This document shows, in pieces, positions 1-14,900 of a DNA stretch of 64,000 nt. Below the pieces are notes generated by a model that ran no database searches, was not told the origin of the DNA, and saw nothing but the letters and a program-made list of their open reading frames with translations. Origin of the DNA: Camelus dromedarius (Eukaryota); contig NC_087438.1 of assembly GCF_036321535.1 (NCBI RefSeq), positions 14,014,001 through 14,078,000 on the forward strand. Reading direction: 5' to 3'. The position numbers and the translations under genes were made by a program. Position 1 is the first letter of the stretch; every line of letters begins with the position of its first letter.

Positions 1-535
1 TGTTCATATAAAAACTTATTTACAAATATTCATGGCCACATTATTCTTAGTAGCCCCAAACTGGAAGTAGCCCAGATGACCTTCAATGGGAAAACGGTTA
101 AAAAAAAAATGGTGCATTATTGCCACGGAATACTACTCAGCAGTAATAATGAGCAGACTATTGATATATGCACCAGCTTGGATGAATCTTCAGGGAATTA
201 TACTCAGAGGGGAAAAAAACCATCCCAAAAGATTATACCCTATATGATTCCATTTATTTAACATTCTAGAAGTGATGAAATTTTACAAGTGGATGACAGA
301 CTAGTAGTTGTTAGGGTCTGGGGGGAGAAGAAGTGGAAAGGGGGTGAGTTTGATTATAAAAGGGCAACACAGGGATCCTGGAGATGCTGGAACTGTTTAG
401 TATTTTGATTCTGGATACATGAACATGCCCAGGTGATGCATTACATAAAACTAAACACAAACATGCACACAGGTAAAACTAGGGAAATCTAAAGAAGATT
501 GGTAAGTCATTTAAATAACCTGGTTATGATATTGT
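1..535 (+). mobile_element. Old L1 (L1MC/L1MD-like) ORF2 end and 3' UTR fragment
   Basis: Degenerate L1 3' motifs (tagccccaaactggaa..., ggaatactactcagca, atgattccatttat, agggcaacacagggatcc). Confidence 0.7.
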
Positions 536-1920
536 TGTAAAGAGCCTACCTTGGGTTTGTGTGTGTACCAGGGTTTTTCTCATTTATCGCACTACAATTT
601 CTGGCTTGATAAACTTCCCAGTGCTACTCACATGTAGACTATCTCTTTTATTACTAATATTATGATTATAGAACATTAAGAACTTTTTCTGTGATGTCTT
701 AACACTTGCTTCATACTCACAGTCAACTTTCCAACTTGTTTAGTAGGTAAGATACTTAGCAAAAATGTTGGATTAGGAGGCATTTTCATTTTGTTCCTCA
801 TTGAAAAAAATTAAAATCCATAGTAGGTACCCAGATCAGACTCTTAAGTGTAAAAACCCAAACTGTGGTGAAAAAATTATAAAATATACCAGTGAAATCT
901 TTGATCTTATAGGAAAAATGCTGATAGTACTGCCTATAAGAATTACTAGGATTCAGGAAAAACGGTCTAGATAGAAAGTGGTAAAATAATGGCCATCTTT
1001 TAAGAAACCACACTTACAAAATCCTCAGGTTTTAAAACTTGCTCTGGCCTTACAACAGTGATTTAGGTCTAAACATTTTTAATGTCTTGATGGTAGCCCC
1101 AAAGCAACCATTCCACGGAGAAAGCCAGGGAAGGTAAATAAGGCCAGATCACACGTCATTTATGGTGACAGGATGCATCACCACATGTAAGGAAAGGAGT
1201 GCTCTGCCTGGCTTGAGCTGTCATTAAAGTCCAGGCTTGTTAAGTGAAAGCTGAGACACAAGAATGACAAGTGACAAGTGAAATAAAGAACACCGAGAAA
1301 AGGAGAAAGGAAAGAAAGAGAGGTAGTATAGTGGTGTTGACTAAGTGATGGTTTAAAGTAGCAAAAGGAAGTGAGCAGAGCAGAAAAGAGTTCCAGGGAG
1401 AAAAAGAAAATATACTAACTATCTACCCAGGTCGAAAAATATGGTCATTATCAATTACACCCAGCCCTATGCAGTTGGTCTCATGGGTACCAGGCAATTC
1501 TATTTGTGTGCAAAGCAAAGAACAGCAAATTACCCTCTACCATTGTAGTTTGGTGGCATCTGAAGGCATCAGCCTGCCACTTTGAGTACTCAGATTGCTG
1601 GCAAAAGGAAGAAGAGGTATATGAACAGCACAGCTCAACCAAAAGTCAACCTGAATACAGCGGGAGTAGTTAAATAGCAGGGGTGGAAGATCAATCCCTT
1701 CACCAACTGTTCAGAGATTCTTTACCAAGGAGAATTGGTAAGGAAGTTTTAGACCAAAAGGAAAATATATAATTATCTTGTTTTCTTATTTATTTGAAGC
1801 TTTGATGGGAACATTTTAAGAACCATGGGTACTTTTGGAAGTTCTTTTACATTAGGAAAAAGAAGCTTTTTTTTCATTAAAATATATAAATCATAAAAAC
1901 ATAGAACTCTGTAGGGGTTG

Positions 1921-2405
1921 TGTTATGAGTTGAACTGTTTCCCCTCAACGTTCATATGTTGAACTTCTAAACTCTTGTACTTTGAGAGGTGACCTTATTT
2001 GGAAAAAGGGTCATTATAGATGTAATTAATTAAAATGAAGTCATACTGCAGTAGGTTGGGCCCCTACTCTCATATGACAGGTGCCCTTATAAAAACAGGA
2101 AATTTGGAGGGACGCAGACAGACAGACACACGCACACATACAGGAGTACATTATGTGAAGATGAAGGCAAAGATCAAGGTGATATTTCCACCAGCCCAGG
2201 TAAGTCATAGGTGGTCAGCAAATCGTTAGAATCTAGAGGAGAGGCCTGGAAAAGAGTCTTCCCCAGAGCTTTAAGAGGGAACATGGCCTTGCTGCTACCT
2301 TGACCTCAGACATCCAGCTTTAGGAACAGTGATACAATAAATTTTTGTTGTTCAAGCTACCCAGTTGGAGGTACTTCGGTACAGCAGCCCTAGCAAATGA
2401 ATACA
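1921..2405 (+). mobile_element. MaLR solo LTR, MLT1C-like
   Basis: Starts TGTTATGAGTTGAACTGT, contains gaccttatttggaaaaaggg and aataaatttttgttgttcaagctacccag, ends gcagccctagcaaatgaatACA; about 485 bp. Confidence 0.85.
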
Positions 2406-4227
2406 TTGTGTTACCATTGCAGTGGGAAGAAGTGACATTTATTCTCAGAATTTATAGTTGTTCTTTAACTGACTTTGGACAAGAGTCTGAAGTTACAAGC
2501 CAAGAAAAGAACGATGAATCATATCTTAAGCTGTTTGATGCCAGATAACATCCATACATGAGACAAAATCAAAAGTTAATCTCGCAAGTAGATAAAATTA
2601 AACTAGGTCAAAATTAGTGGTATTTGCTTTTCTTTTGACTATTAGGCATCACTAGTGATCTACCTGTTGGTGTTTCTAGGTAAATGAATCAGTCATGTTG
2701 GTCATTTTAAGGAAGAATTTTTATTCCTGGTTAAAAGTTTAAATGAAAAAGAATTATCAGTATGGATACATCTACGTCTGAGAAAATTACCCCACACTGG
2801 ACAATTCAGTTCCTTTCTTCATGTTATAGGCCCTCACTGCATAAATAGTAGAAAAGAGAAAATTATTATCCTCTACAGTGCTAGATTTCCAAGGAAAAAT
2901 ATATAAAGTGATACTTAAAAATCCACTATTCCACTAGAATGTCAAAATAAGAATCTAATCTTCTCTTGAAATTATTATAGATGGATTTGGTCAATAGATA
3001 CTAAACCAACAGTCCCTCCCTACATAATTGGCTTCCAATCAAAGAAAAGTTTAAAAAGTGCTACATAAGCTTTCTCAATTTTTACAACTGTTTCCATTAA
3101 AAGCAATAACCACAAACATATTGCATTTGAGAGTTTCACTGGCTATTCCGTGTACAACATTTTCATGTTAAATAGTTCCTATGGCGTACTTTTAGCTAAC
3201 CCCACATTAGGGATTAGAGCTTCTCAGCTGATGTTTTAAACAAATCTGAAAAGATTCAAGCGCATAAAAAAGCTTTCAAGATATCTTTTCTGCAGTAAAA
3301 CTTAAGTCTTGTTTCCCTTGGGGACTGCCCTGTGTCATTCTTTTCACTTGGTTTCTTTTTGTACTGCTGTTTTATAAACAGCACACATTTTGTAAAGTTA
3401 CATATCAACAAGAAACAGAGTGAACTTTCTCGAAAGTCTCTGAAGACCAATTTGAAATATTTAATAAGGCATTTTAATACCAAGCAAATATTCTCTGAGG
3501 TTGCAAATCATTATGCATGACTTGTCAGGGTTCACAGCTGTGTTAAAATCTCAAGTGAATTAACATTGAGCAAAAACTGAGTAAAAATAAGCTGGAGATT
3601 TATGAAGGCTGAGAGTATCTGAAGGAATCTCTTAGGGCTTAATTCTCAAATGATTTTTCCAGGGACTGTGAAAAAGCAATAGTCATCAAGATACAACTTA
3701 AATTTCATTCTACACTGGAGGACTGTAATTTCACCAACAGAGCAATAACACAGTATTCCAGTCATCACATAATTTGATAAAGCTTTGAGTATTCACCCAA
3801 GAGTTACTGGATTAAAACAACAACAACAACAACAACAAAAACCTTTGCAGGAACACTTATGAAATATCTGGGAAACAAAGAAAAAAATCACTAACATATA
3901 ATTGTATACATTAAATCACAGCTATTGTGACTTTCTGTATACTTTCAATTAGATCCTTTTTATGGAACTACCTAATGTGAGATTTGACATTATTCAAGTA
4001 AATTTTATATCATGTCCCTTAAATGAAAAAAATAATAATTAAGGAGATAATATATGTTTAGTGACAATGATGTAGGGACCCCCCCTGCTGTATGTCATTT
4101 AATTTAATAAAAAGATAAACCTACTGAGATAATTACATTCAATGACATTTTACATCTTGAGGTTTAAAAAGTTTAAATAGTTGCCAATTTGAAAATGTAC
4201 ATTTCAAGAGTGGCTGACCCTATCTGT

Positions 4228-5065
4228 TTTCTTTCTTTTTTTAACATTTTTTTATTGATTTATAATCATTTTACAATGTGTCAAATTCCAGTGTTCAGCA
4301 CAATTTTTCAGTCATTCATGGACATATACACACTCATTGTCACATTTTTTTCTCTGTGAGTTATCATAACATTTTGTGTATATTTCCCTGTGCTATACAG
4401 TGTAATCTTGTTTATCTATTCTACAATTTTAAAATCCCAGGCTATTCCTTCCCACCCTCTACCCCCCGGTAACCACAAGTCTGTATTCTCTGTCTGTGAG
4501 TCTATTTCTGTCCTGTATTTACGCTTTGTTTTTGTTTGTTTGTTTTTGTTTTTGTTTTTTAGATTCCGCATATGAGCGATCTCATATGGTATTTTTCTTT
4601 CTCTTTCTGGCTTACTTCACTTAGAATGACATTCTCCAGGAGCATCCATGTTGCTGCAAGTGGCATTATGTTGTCGGTTTTTATGGCTGAGTAGTATTCC
4701 ATTGTATAAATATACCACCTCTTCTTTATCCAGTCACCTGTTGATGGACATTTAGGCTGTTTCCATGTTTTGGCTATTGTAAATAGTGCTGCTATGAACA
4801 TTGGGGTGCAGGTGTCATCCTGAAGTAGATTTCCTTCTGGATACAAGCCCAGGAGTGGGATTCCTGGGTCACATGGTAAGTCTATTCCTAGTCTTTTGAG
4901 GAATCTCCACACTGTTTTCCATAGTGGCTGCACCAAACTGCATTCCCACCAGCAGTGTAGGAGGGTTCCCCTTTCTCCACAGCCTCTCCAGCATTTGTCA
5001 TTTGTGGATTTTTGAATGACGGCCATTCTGACTGGTGTGAGGTGATACCTCATTGTAGTTTTGAT
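4228..5065 (-). mobile_element. Young 5'-truncated L1 (ORF2 C-terminus and 3' UTR), sense to CDH18
   Basis: Uninterrupted 164-aa ORF2 C-terminus at 4559-5053 ([18 protein letters not shown]ys-rich domain), full 3' UTR, T-rich tail near 4228-4242. Confidence 0.95.
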
Positions 5066-7163
5066 ATGTTACATTCCTTCCATACACTCAATTGTTCCAT
5101 CCAGTCGTGATCTGTCAAGTGTCAGCAGTTACAGTATCTTCTGCCTTTGTCTGTGTGTTTCCTTGGTAGTATGTAATGGCAGTCCAGATGCATCTACTTG
5201 GAGAGAGGCAGCATTATAGCTCACACTCCCCACACACATCATAGCCAAAGACCAAATCAGTAAATATATTTTGTGAGATGAAGGTGTGTATGAAATACTT
5301 AGGGAGAAGCAATCTCCAGATACCGGCAGCAACGTTGGGCTCTTCTGTACCCTTACAGAATGCTCACAATTCTCTTGATTTCTGTACAGAGTAAATGGCT
5401 GCTGTAAAAAGTTACTGGACTATCATATTCGCACCAGTCTTACATATCTTCTAAATAAATTTGCATGTTGCTCTCACATTAGTTTCCTACCCTGTTCTGC
5501 TCTGTTTGCTGGAACCTAACACCTGTCATTGACATTGATTAGTGTTTCCCATGTCCATGCACAGAAGCCCAGCTCCTGGGGTCAGGTAACACTACCCTCC
5601 CAGCCTCAGGGATGCTAACCTTCTTCAGAGATTGCCTATTTCGTCCACTATTTGGCTTTTCATTTCTCCTACCATTTTTGCAACTCGTCTCACAGACTCA
5701 TTCTACTGAACTAAATGGCAGTGGGTTTGGTCTTCCTGATTAAACTCCAAAGCATACAGAAGGCATTTATTAACAGGCTTCTTCCCAACTATCCTTCAAC
5801 ACTTTTCTGAATAATGACCATACTTTACCAAATACAAAGATTAGGTTCTGTACTTGATTTTAATATAGTTAGTACTTTCAAATGAGAATCTGTGTGTTCT
5901 TTACATTTAATAACTTAAAATTATTTAACATATTGGAATCTGACAAAGCTATCATTTGGAGGGTTGACTATTGCACGTAAAATTTAAAAAAATGAGACTT
6001 AAGGGGTGAGATTTTTAATGAGAAGGAAAACTCATATATATATACTCTGTTTATCTATCTATTAATTTATAGATAAATAGCATTAAACACTTCGACACTT
6101 TTTAAAGTATTCCCTAGTTTAGCATATCTGATAATTAAGTCTGCATTACTGCTAATTTTATATCAATATTCTTATGAAAAGTTAGAATTTGTATCTACAA
6201 GTTGCTTTAATGTTCACTCTTTGGAAAATATTCTATTAAAAAGTAAAACTTATTAACATATTCAGCATTTTTCTGGATAATACACCATTATTTCAACTGA
6301 ATTTTCATTCAATAATAACAACAAAAATAGAAATAAAGCCTAAACCAATGAAACTACTACCAAATAGAATATTTGACAGAGACAGAAATATTTTGTCCTA
6401 TTTGATCAGAAAAATTGTCAATAAAATTACAGAAGAATTTAATAAAAGATTATAATATATATGCTATATATTATATATACATACTGATGTAAATATATGT
6501 GTATTTATACACACACAGACAACTGACATTCACTCATTGACTTCAATCATTGAGGAAATAACTCCAATTTATTTTTTAACAGTTAGCTGAAAAATTGATT
6601 TTTAAATATTACAATAGCACAGTCTATATATTTTAAAGAAACCTAAAATAAAACAGAACAGAACAATATAAATATAAGGTTAAAATCTTCTTTATGTCTC
6701 AGACCCATATCTACTCCTGCCAGATCCACTGTTCAAAAGTAACAGCACTTTCTTTGTCTTGATACTTGTTTTTTCACTATAAATTTAAATTTTCTGATTT
6801 TACCATAATTGAAAATATTCACTGATATCCTAAAATTAAAGATGAAGAATGCATTGCATCTACATTACCTCCTAATACTTCTCCCCTACCATGAAATTTT
6901 AATTACATTATTAATTTTAATTATACTAGCATTAATTTTATTATTATAGATAAAATATTTAAGCCCCTATATCTTGCTACATTGATTTTAGGCAGCAGAT
7001 ATTATGCCCCTAATGATTTCTGAGGAAACATACACAATTCACCATTTTTTCACCTTTGATTTTTGTCAGTTATATATTTGAGGTCATTGTGGTTTACAAC
7101 ATTTTATTATGTCCTTCCTCTAAAAAAAAAAAATAACTTTTATATTTTTCCAATGGTTTTATT

Positions 7164-7705
7164 TGAGAGACTGAATATACAAAGGACAATGGCAAGACCA
7201 TGTGTAAAAATAGAACTCTGACTTACCACCTGCAACAATCAGTTCTAGAAACCAATCCATTATCTACAATAACCAGCCCAGGATCCAGGCTACTCTATGT
7301 AAGCCAGATTGTAGGAAATCAAATCACTCTCACTAGCAACAATCCAAAAAGTCAAATAATAACAATCAGTCTCAAATGGCCACAACCTGATTAATAACTT
7401 CCAGTTTCCCTAATTTTTCTCCACTTTCAACTTAAGATCAATCAGATAAGGCAAATTATGCATCCTTAACCAATCATGTAGCATGAACTGCTTCTACTTA
7501 ACCCACCTACAGATTCCCCATATCAATGACCTCCAATCATAACATTCTTGAAGCATTTCCTTTTGTCCACTATAAAGCTTTCCCATTCGCCTGCCTGCCT
7601 TCAAACCTCTAGCAAAATACAAGTGATAGAGCTTAACTCGCTATAGCAAACTCTGAATAAATGGATTTTGCCTGTTCTCATTTGGTTTGTCATAATTTAT
7701 TTCCA
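7164..7705 (+). mobile_element. Solo LTR (MER77-like, family tentative)
   Basis: TG...CA ends, aaaaatagaactctgac...aaccagcccagga repeats, ctataaagc TATA-like site near 7570, AATAAA near 7656. Confidence 0.65.
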
Positions 7706-8029
7706 TAAGTTATACAAAACTGAGAAGTAATATGCACTATTTAATTATACAAGAAATTATTCTCCCCAAATCCAATTAATGTGACTTGAATAATTTGAAA
7801 AGATAAAAATGCCTTAATTCTAAGCTTTTGTCCACAAAATGAGAATTTTTAAAGTGTCAAGATCAAATGACTTCAGAATTCTTTAACGTGATGGCACATT
7901 TTCTACTCATTATTTTCTATATCCAATATATTCTTCTATCTAGAAATAGTATATGGGTTTTTTTTTTTTGCTGATGTTAATAATAAATATTTCTAATGCA
8001 TAAATACACTATATGTCCATACTACACAA

Positions 8030-9685
8030 AGTGATATACAGAGTCAATGCAATCTCTATCTGAATCCCTAAATACCTATAGAAATATAAAAGATCATGGA
8101 TAGTAAAAGTGAGCTTGAACAAGAACAAAAAAACTGGAGGCATCACACTTTCTGATTTCAAAATATATTACAAAACAACAGTAATCAAAACAGTGTGGTG
8201 TTGGGATAAAAACAGATATACCCCAATGGAACAGAATAAAGATCCCAGAAATAAACCAAGACATTCTAGGTAACCACATGCAGAATGAAACTGGACTGTT
8301 ATCGCACATTATATACAAGAAGCATCCCCAAATGGCTTAAAGACTTAAGCTTAAGACCTGAAACTGTAAAGCTACTTAGAAGGAAACATAAAGAATGCTT
8401 CCTGACATTGGTCTTGGCAATGGTTTTTTTGGATAGTATAACAAAAGCACACATGACAAAAGCAAAAATAGACAGATGGAATTGTATCAAACTAAAAAGC
8501 TTCTGCACAGCAAAGAAAACAAGCAACAGAGTGAAAAGGCAACATTTAAAGTGGGAGAAATATTTGCAAGCCATATATTTGAAATGAGTTACTATACAAA
8601 ATACATAAGGCTCTCATGAAACTCTACAGCAAAAAAAAGAAAAAGGAGAGAGAGAGAGAACACCTAAATAGATATTTCTGAAAAGAAGACATACAAATGG
8701 CCAATGAGTAAAAGTGCTCAACATCACTAATCATCAAGACAATGCAAATCAATTGTACAATGAAATATCATACCACACCTGTCAGAATGGCCATTATCAA
8801 ACAGATAAAAGATAAGAATTGGCCAGAGAGTGGTGAAAAGGGAACACTTACTCACTGTTGGTGGAAATGTAAATTGGCACAGCCATTATGAAAAACAGCA
8901 TAAAGGTTTTTCAAAAAATTTGAAAAAGAACTACTGTATGATCCTGCCACCCCACTTTGGTGAATGTGTATGTATTAAATAAATAAAATGAGACAAAAGA
9001 TATGATTTCATTTTAGAGGAAATAAAATCACTATCTTGAAGAGATATCTGCACTCACAGGTTACTATTCACAGTAGCCAAATAGAGAAACAACTTAATTG
9101 TCCACTAACAGATGAATGAGTAAAGAAAATGATATAGATACAGATATATTTCAACTTTAAAATAAGAAGGAAATCCTGCCATTTGCAACAACATGGATGA
9201 ACTTGAAGAACATTAGACTAAGGAAAATAAGTCAGATACAGAGATAAATACTGCCTTACCTGGCTTATATGTGGAATCTAAAATATTCAAACTCATAAAG
9301 CAGAGAGTAGAATGGTGGCTGCCAGGGGCGGGTGTAGGGAAAGGAAATAGGGACATGTTCGTCAAAGGGCAAAAAGTTATAGTTATGCAAGATGAAGAAG
9401 TTCTGGAGACTGAACATACAGCATAGTGACTACAGTGAACAACACTGTATTGTATCCTTGACCCTTGCTAAGAGGGCAGATCTTAAGTCTTCTCATCATG
9501 TGCACATACACATACAGAAAATGGAAGGAGGGCAAAAAATGGTAACTTCGTGAGGTCGTGGATATGTTTTAAACTTAATCATGGTGGTCATTTCACAATG
9601 TACACATATATCAAACATCAAGATGTATACCTTAAATACATGGAATTCCTATTTGTCAATTATACCTCTCAATAAAGCAGACAAA
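8030..9685 (+). mobile_element. L1MA9/L1MA10-like 3' portion (ORF2 end and 3' UTR)
   Basis: ORF2 remnant (KIDRWNCIKLKSFCTAK at 8285-8587); 3' UTR motifs ttgctaagagggcagatcttaag and tcaattatacctctcaataaagc. Confidence 0.85.
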
Positions 9686-10384
9686 TTAAATTTTAAATAG
9701 AAAAATTTTTAAACGCATTTGATGTTTCCTATTTTAAGTAGGAATGCTACCTCTTAGTAAGTGTGGCTGAATGGGCTGATATATTTGCCAGGCAGGTCAA
9801 GGATTCTTGTGCCCCTAAGGGGATGATTGGTTTGCATCAAAAGAAGAACCTTTATGGTAAGAGCTGTTTTATTCTTTTGCTTACTGGTAAGAGCTGTTTT
9901 GTTCTTTTTTATTCCTTTGTTATGTGGATTTTTTGCTTTACTGGGAACTGTTTTCTGCTTCATTCTTGTGCCCCAATGCCCCTATGCCCCTATGTGATCC
10001 ATCCTTAGACAGAAAAAAAAATCAAATATTTTACAGTATAATAAAAATACATTTTATTTGTATGCAAAGAAAAGGTTAAAAAAATTTCCTTGTTATGAAA
10101 TCTTTAATTTAACAGTTGCCCAGGTGACTTCCCCAGGTCCTTCCCTGAGTTCTTGTATTTGCAAGGGCTTTTGGAGCCAAATTATTTTCACCTTCAGTGT
10201 TTGGGGCTATAAACTTGATCTGTCTCTTTCCTCATTAATTACTTTTTAATGTTTTCAATGCTCTGGAATTTTCAGAATCTCTTATCCACAGTTGGTAACT
10301 TAGCTTGTAATTCTGGTTTATTTTTGAAACATGATATCTTTTTGGGATATACTCTGTGACATGTCAAGGGGACATATATCAGAA

Positions 10385-10560
10385 AGAGCAGGTTAAGTTA
10401 TGTTGCAATAATAATCCCAAATTTCAGAGGCATTAAACAACAAAAGTCGACTTCTCATTCACACTGCTTACTACAGTTGGGCTAGTGTTATTTTGCTGCA
10501 AGTTATCCTGTCCCAGGGACACAACTTCCTGAGCTGCCACCCTCTACAATGTTACTGCAG
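10385..10560 (-). mobile_element. Old MLT1 (J/K-like) LTR fragment
   Basis: taagttatgttgcaata...cccaaatttcagaggcattaaacaacaaaag resembles the reverse complement of an MLT1 3' end. Confidence 0.5.
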
Positions 10561-10977
10561 AACTTTGTTGACAATGACTCTTGTGAATTGAAAATACTAT
10601 GAAATGTTTTGGGAAAACGGCCTTTATGATACAGTGATATAAAATATTTTGTAATTGTTCTTATTCTTTGGCTCATCCACATACAACATTTCTTCTCATT
10701 TTCTCTGTTGATATACCAAAATAATTCTAAATTGAGATCAAATTATTTAAACATATGATCTAGATCATTTAAAATATAGAAACATAAACATATCACAAGC
10801 ATGCTACTTTGGCTCTGTATAGACAGGTAAGAGTTTGCAAAGCACTCAATAATGTAAACCAAAGTATAGACAGTAGAGGCTTATTACTCACTAGGCTGAT
10901 TTTATTATTATTAATGTATCTACATATACAATTATATATAATACTATAAAATATGTATAATTATTATTTTATATATT

Positions 10978-10978
<1 letters not shown>

Positions 10979-11017
<39 letters not shown>

Positions 11018-11026
11018 ATATATATA
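10979..11026. repeat. (TATC)n(TA)n microsatellite
   Basis: About 9 TATC units followed by TA repeats. Confidence 0.95.
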
Positions 11027-11994
11027 GTTCTAAAGACTGCAAATTAAACCTGGTGGAAGAGGTTTATGAAATGTTGCTTGGAATCACTCAGTTTTCCATG
11101 GCTTTGTCAGTTGCCATCTCAGTAGCTGTTTTAATCACACAGACGCTATCAGAGTGTAAATTTAGTTACAAAGCAATTCCAGGCTGCTGCTCTTACATCC
11201 CTTTGCTGAAAGGACAATACAAAAATACTCCTAATCAATCAATCTTGTCATTAATTGCATTTATCTTATAGAATATTTTAAATTAGAGAAGTAAAACATG
11301 ATCTTAGTAAGAAAAATAAATACAACTCCTGTGCCATTAGCCTTAAAAAAAGCAATCTTAACAGAGACATGTCTCTCCATAACTATACCTGCACTCATTC
11401 AAAGGTCTATCTGGTTGTTATGGACATACTAAACAGGACTCTATACAATTTTTTCTGCACCTAACAACACGTTATGGACATTTCCAGGCCAACTAGGTAA
11501 ATATAATTTTAATAGCTACATAACATTCCACATTGTTCACTGATGAATATTTAGATTATTCTAGTTGTGTTACTTTCTATTGTAGCACAAGTTACCACAA
11601 ACAGTTGGTTAAAAAAAAAATCACATATTCTTATGTTTGTGCTTGGTTCTACCTTGCTATATATACATGCAATGCTGTGATAAACTTTCAGAGAAGTGAT
11701 CCCCTTCAAAAGGAGCATGAGATTTCCAATATTCTGTGGCACTTCAGTGTGACACAGCAGTGGAAGATTTAAAGAGCTCATTTAGTGAGACTTACATAAT
11801 GAACTCATCAGTGAGACTGGGGAAACATTCCATTGTGATGGTGCAGGTAAATGGAATCACGGATTGTGTGGTTACTTTGCCAAAAATAGTTCATTGTGCT
11901 ACTAAAAATTCAATACTAATTTTCTTCCATGAAAAAAGTCAATGGCAGAGTTGCATTAGGATTGATTAGTTGAAATTTAATAGTAGAAATATAC

Positions 11995-14900
11995 TGGAGT
12001 CCAGATCAAGACAGCAGAGTATGAAAGTCCTGAGTACCCCTCCTCCCATGGACACACTAAAACTATAACTACATACAGAACAACTCCTCTGAGGACAGCA
12101 CGAAGACCAGCAGAACAGCTTTTCTACAACTAGGGACATAAAGAAAAGGCCATCATTGAAATGGTTGGAGGGGCAGAGACACAGTCTAGTCAGAACCCAC
12201 ACCCGCAGTGTGGCAATCCACAAGTGGAAGGGGTATCACACAGCAAGAGTCCCTCCCTGAGGTCTGAACCGCACGTTAGACTCTCCAATCTAGGGGATCT
12301 GCACCAAGACCGGTCCCTACAATGTATGGATTTGAAAGCAAGGGGGCTCATGTCTAGGAGAGCCAGAGGGCTGCTGGAAACTGAGACATTACAATGAAGA
12401 GCTCACATACAAACTCACTCACTCCAAGTCCTAGTGAAGAGGCAGCAGCTTAAAAAGTGCCCAGGTCATATGAGAAGGAGATTCATTGATTTATTTTAGG
12501 ACATTTGCCAAAGAAGCAGGAAGCTGATGGAACTTTCTCCAGGGACAGGAGTGCTGGTAGGTACCTTTTATTTTTTTAACACTCTTTTCACAAAGCTGGC
12601 CCAGAGCTAGTGAGCACCATTTTTGTCACTCTCCATTAACCTAGCCAATACCATATGACCTGCACTGGTGTTCCTTGAAGACTGGTACCAGCAGCCCATC
12701 CCATCAGCTCCCACACTGCCCTCCCAAATTTGTGGCCTCAGCTTCCACCAGTCTTTCCAAAGTAGCTCCCACCTGGGGAGAAAGACTGAAGCAATTATAG
12801 TGGGGCCTCACAGCCAGCAGTGTCAGGGTTCAGCTCCAGTGCATCAACACGTTCATAGGTGTTGTAATCACACCTTTCAGCTAGACAAGCTGGGACCAGC
12901 CTAACCTACCAGCGTGCCTAAAAAAGTCATGGCTGGGCCTGACACATGGCCAGGCAGGGGGCAGTCCCACCCATCCGTGCACCAACAGCAGTTGCAGCCC
13001 AACCACAAGAGAAGGGCACCAGCAGCCCACGTGGGATATCCTTAGAGCACCTGTCTCTGGTGACTAAGGGGGATTGTGTCACTGGGCCCCAAAGGACACC
13101 TTCCAATAAAGCCACTCTTTCAAGACTGGGAGATGGTGATAATATATCTAATACACATAAAAACAAACACAGAGACTTAGACAAAATGAGGAGACAAATA
13201 TTTTTCAAAAGAAAGAACAGCAGCAACAAAGCTCAGAAAACTAACTAAATAAAGTGGAGATAAGCAATTTATCAGATAAAGAGTCCACAGTAATAGTTAT
13301 AAAGATGCTGACCAAGCTTGGGAGAAGAATGGCTGAACTTAGTGAGAACTTTAAGGATAAAAAATATTAAACAAAATTCATAATTGAGAAATATAATAAC
13401 TAAAATGAAAAATACACTAGAAGGAATCAAATGCAGATTAGAAGATGCAAAAGAATGGGTCAGCAACCTGGAAGATGGAATAATAGTGGCAATCACCCAA
13501 TCAGAAAAAAAGAGAAAAGAAAGAAAAATGAGGCTAGCTTAAGGGACCTCTAAGACAACATCAAGCATACAAAAATTTGCATGTTTGGGGTCCCAGCATA
13601 TGAAGAGAGAGAGAAAGGGACAAAAAACTCACTTGAAGAAAACTTCTCTAACCTGGTGAAGGAAAAAGACATCCAAATCCAGGAAGAACAGAGTTCCAAA
13701 TAAATTGAATCCAAGGAGACTCACACCACTCGCACCAAGACACATTATAATTAAAATGTCCAAAGTTAAAAATAAAAAGACTCTTAAAAGCAGAAAAACA
13801 ACAAGTTATATATAAATAACCCCTCATAAGACTATTACTTGATTGAGTAGAAACTTTACAGGCCAGAAAGGACTGGCACAATATATTTGAAGTGCTAAAA
13901 GGAAAAAGAAAAAAAGAAAAACAAAAAACTTACAACCAAGAATACTTTATCTGGAACAGGGAAACCACAAATCAAAAACATACAATAGAGTCACAAAAGT
14001 CAAAAACAAGAGAATTCAAGCATAATACAAAAGAAAATCAGCAAACCAGAAAAGGAAGAACAAAAAGAAAGGAATAAAAATAAATACAAAATCAACTGGA
14101 AAACAAGGTTTAAAATGGCAATAAATATATATTTATCAATAATTACTTTAAATGTCACTGGGCTAAATGCTCCAATCAAAAGGCATAGAGTGGCAGATTG
14201 GATAATAAAATAAGAGCCTACAATATGCTGCCTACAAGAGACCAACTTTAGGACAAAGGATACACATACACTGAAAGTGAGGGGATGGAAAAAATATTTT
14301 ATGCAAATAGAAATGACAAGAAAGCAGAGGTAGCAATACTCATTGGACAAAACAGACTTTAAAATAAAGGCCACAAAGAAGATAAAGGACACTACATACT
14401 GATAAAAAAGATCCATACAAGAAGAGGATATTACACTTGTTAACATATATGTCCCCAATATAGGAACATCTAAATACATAAAATAAACACTAACAGACAT
14501 AAAGGGAGAAACTGATGGGAATGCAATAATAGTAGCAGATTTTAACACCCCATTAACATTAATGGATAGATCTTCCAGATAGAAAATCAATGAGGCAACA
14601 GAGATACTAAGAGACACAAGAGAAATAGAATAGTTAGATTTAATTCATATTTTCAGGACATTACATCCAAAAAAAATCAGAATATGCATTTTTTCAAACA
14701 CACACAGAACATTCTCTAGGACAGATCACATACGAGGACACAAAACAAGCCTCAAGAAATTTAAGAGGATAGAACTTATTTCAAGCATCTTTTCTGACCA
14801 CAATGGCGTGGAACTAGAACTCAACCACAGGGGAAAAAAAAAAGGAAAAAAAAAAAAAAGAAAGAAAGGAAGGAAAGAAGAAAGGAAGAAAGAAAGAAAG

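Noticed and set aside
14000..14617. 205-aa hydrophobic minus-strand ORF
   Set aside because: It is the antisense of the L1 endonuclease region; A-rich L1 gives F/L/I-rich antisense ORFs.
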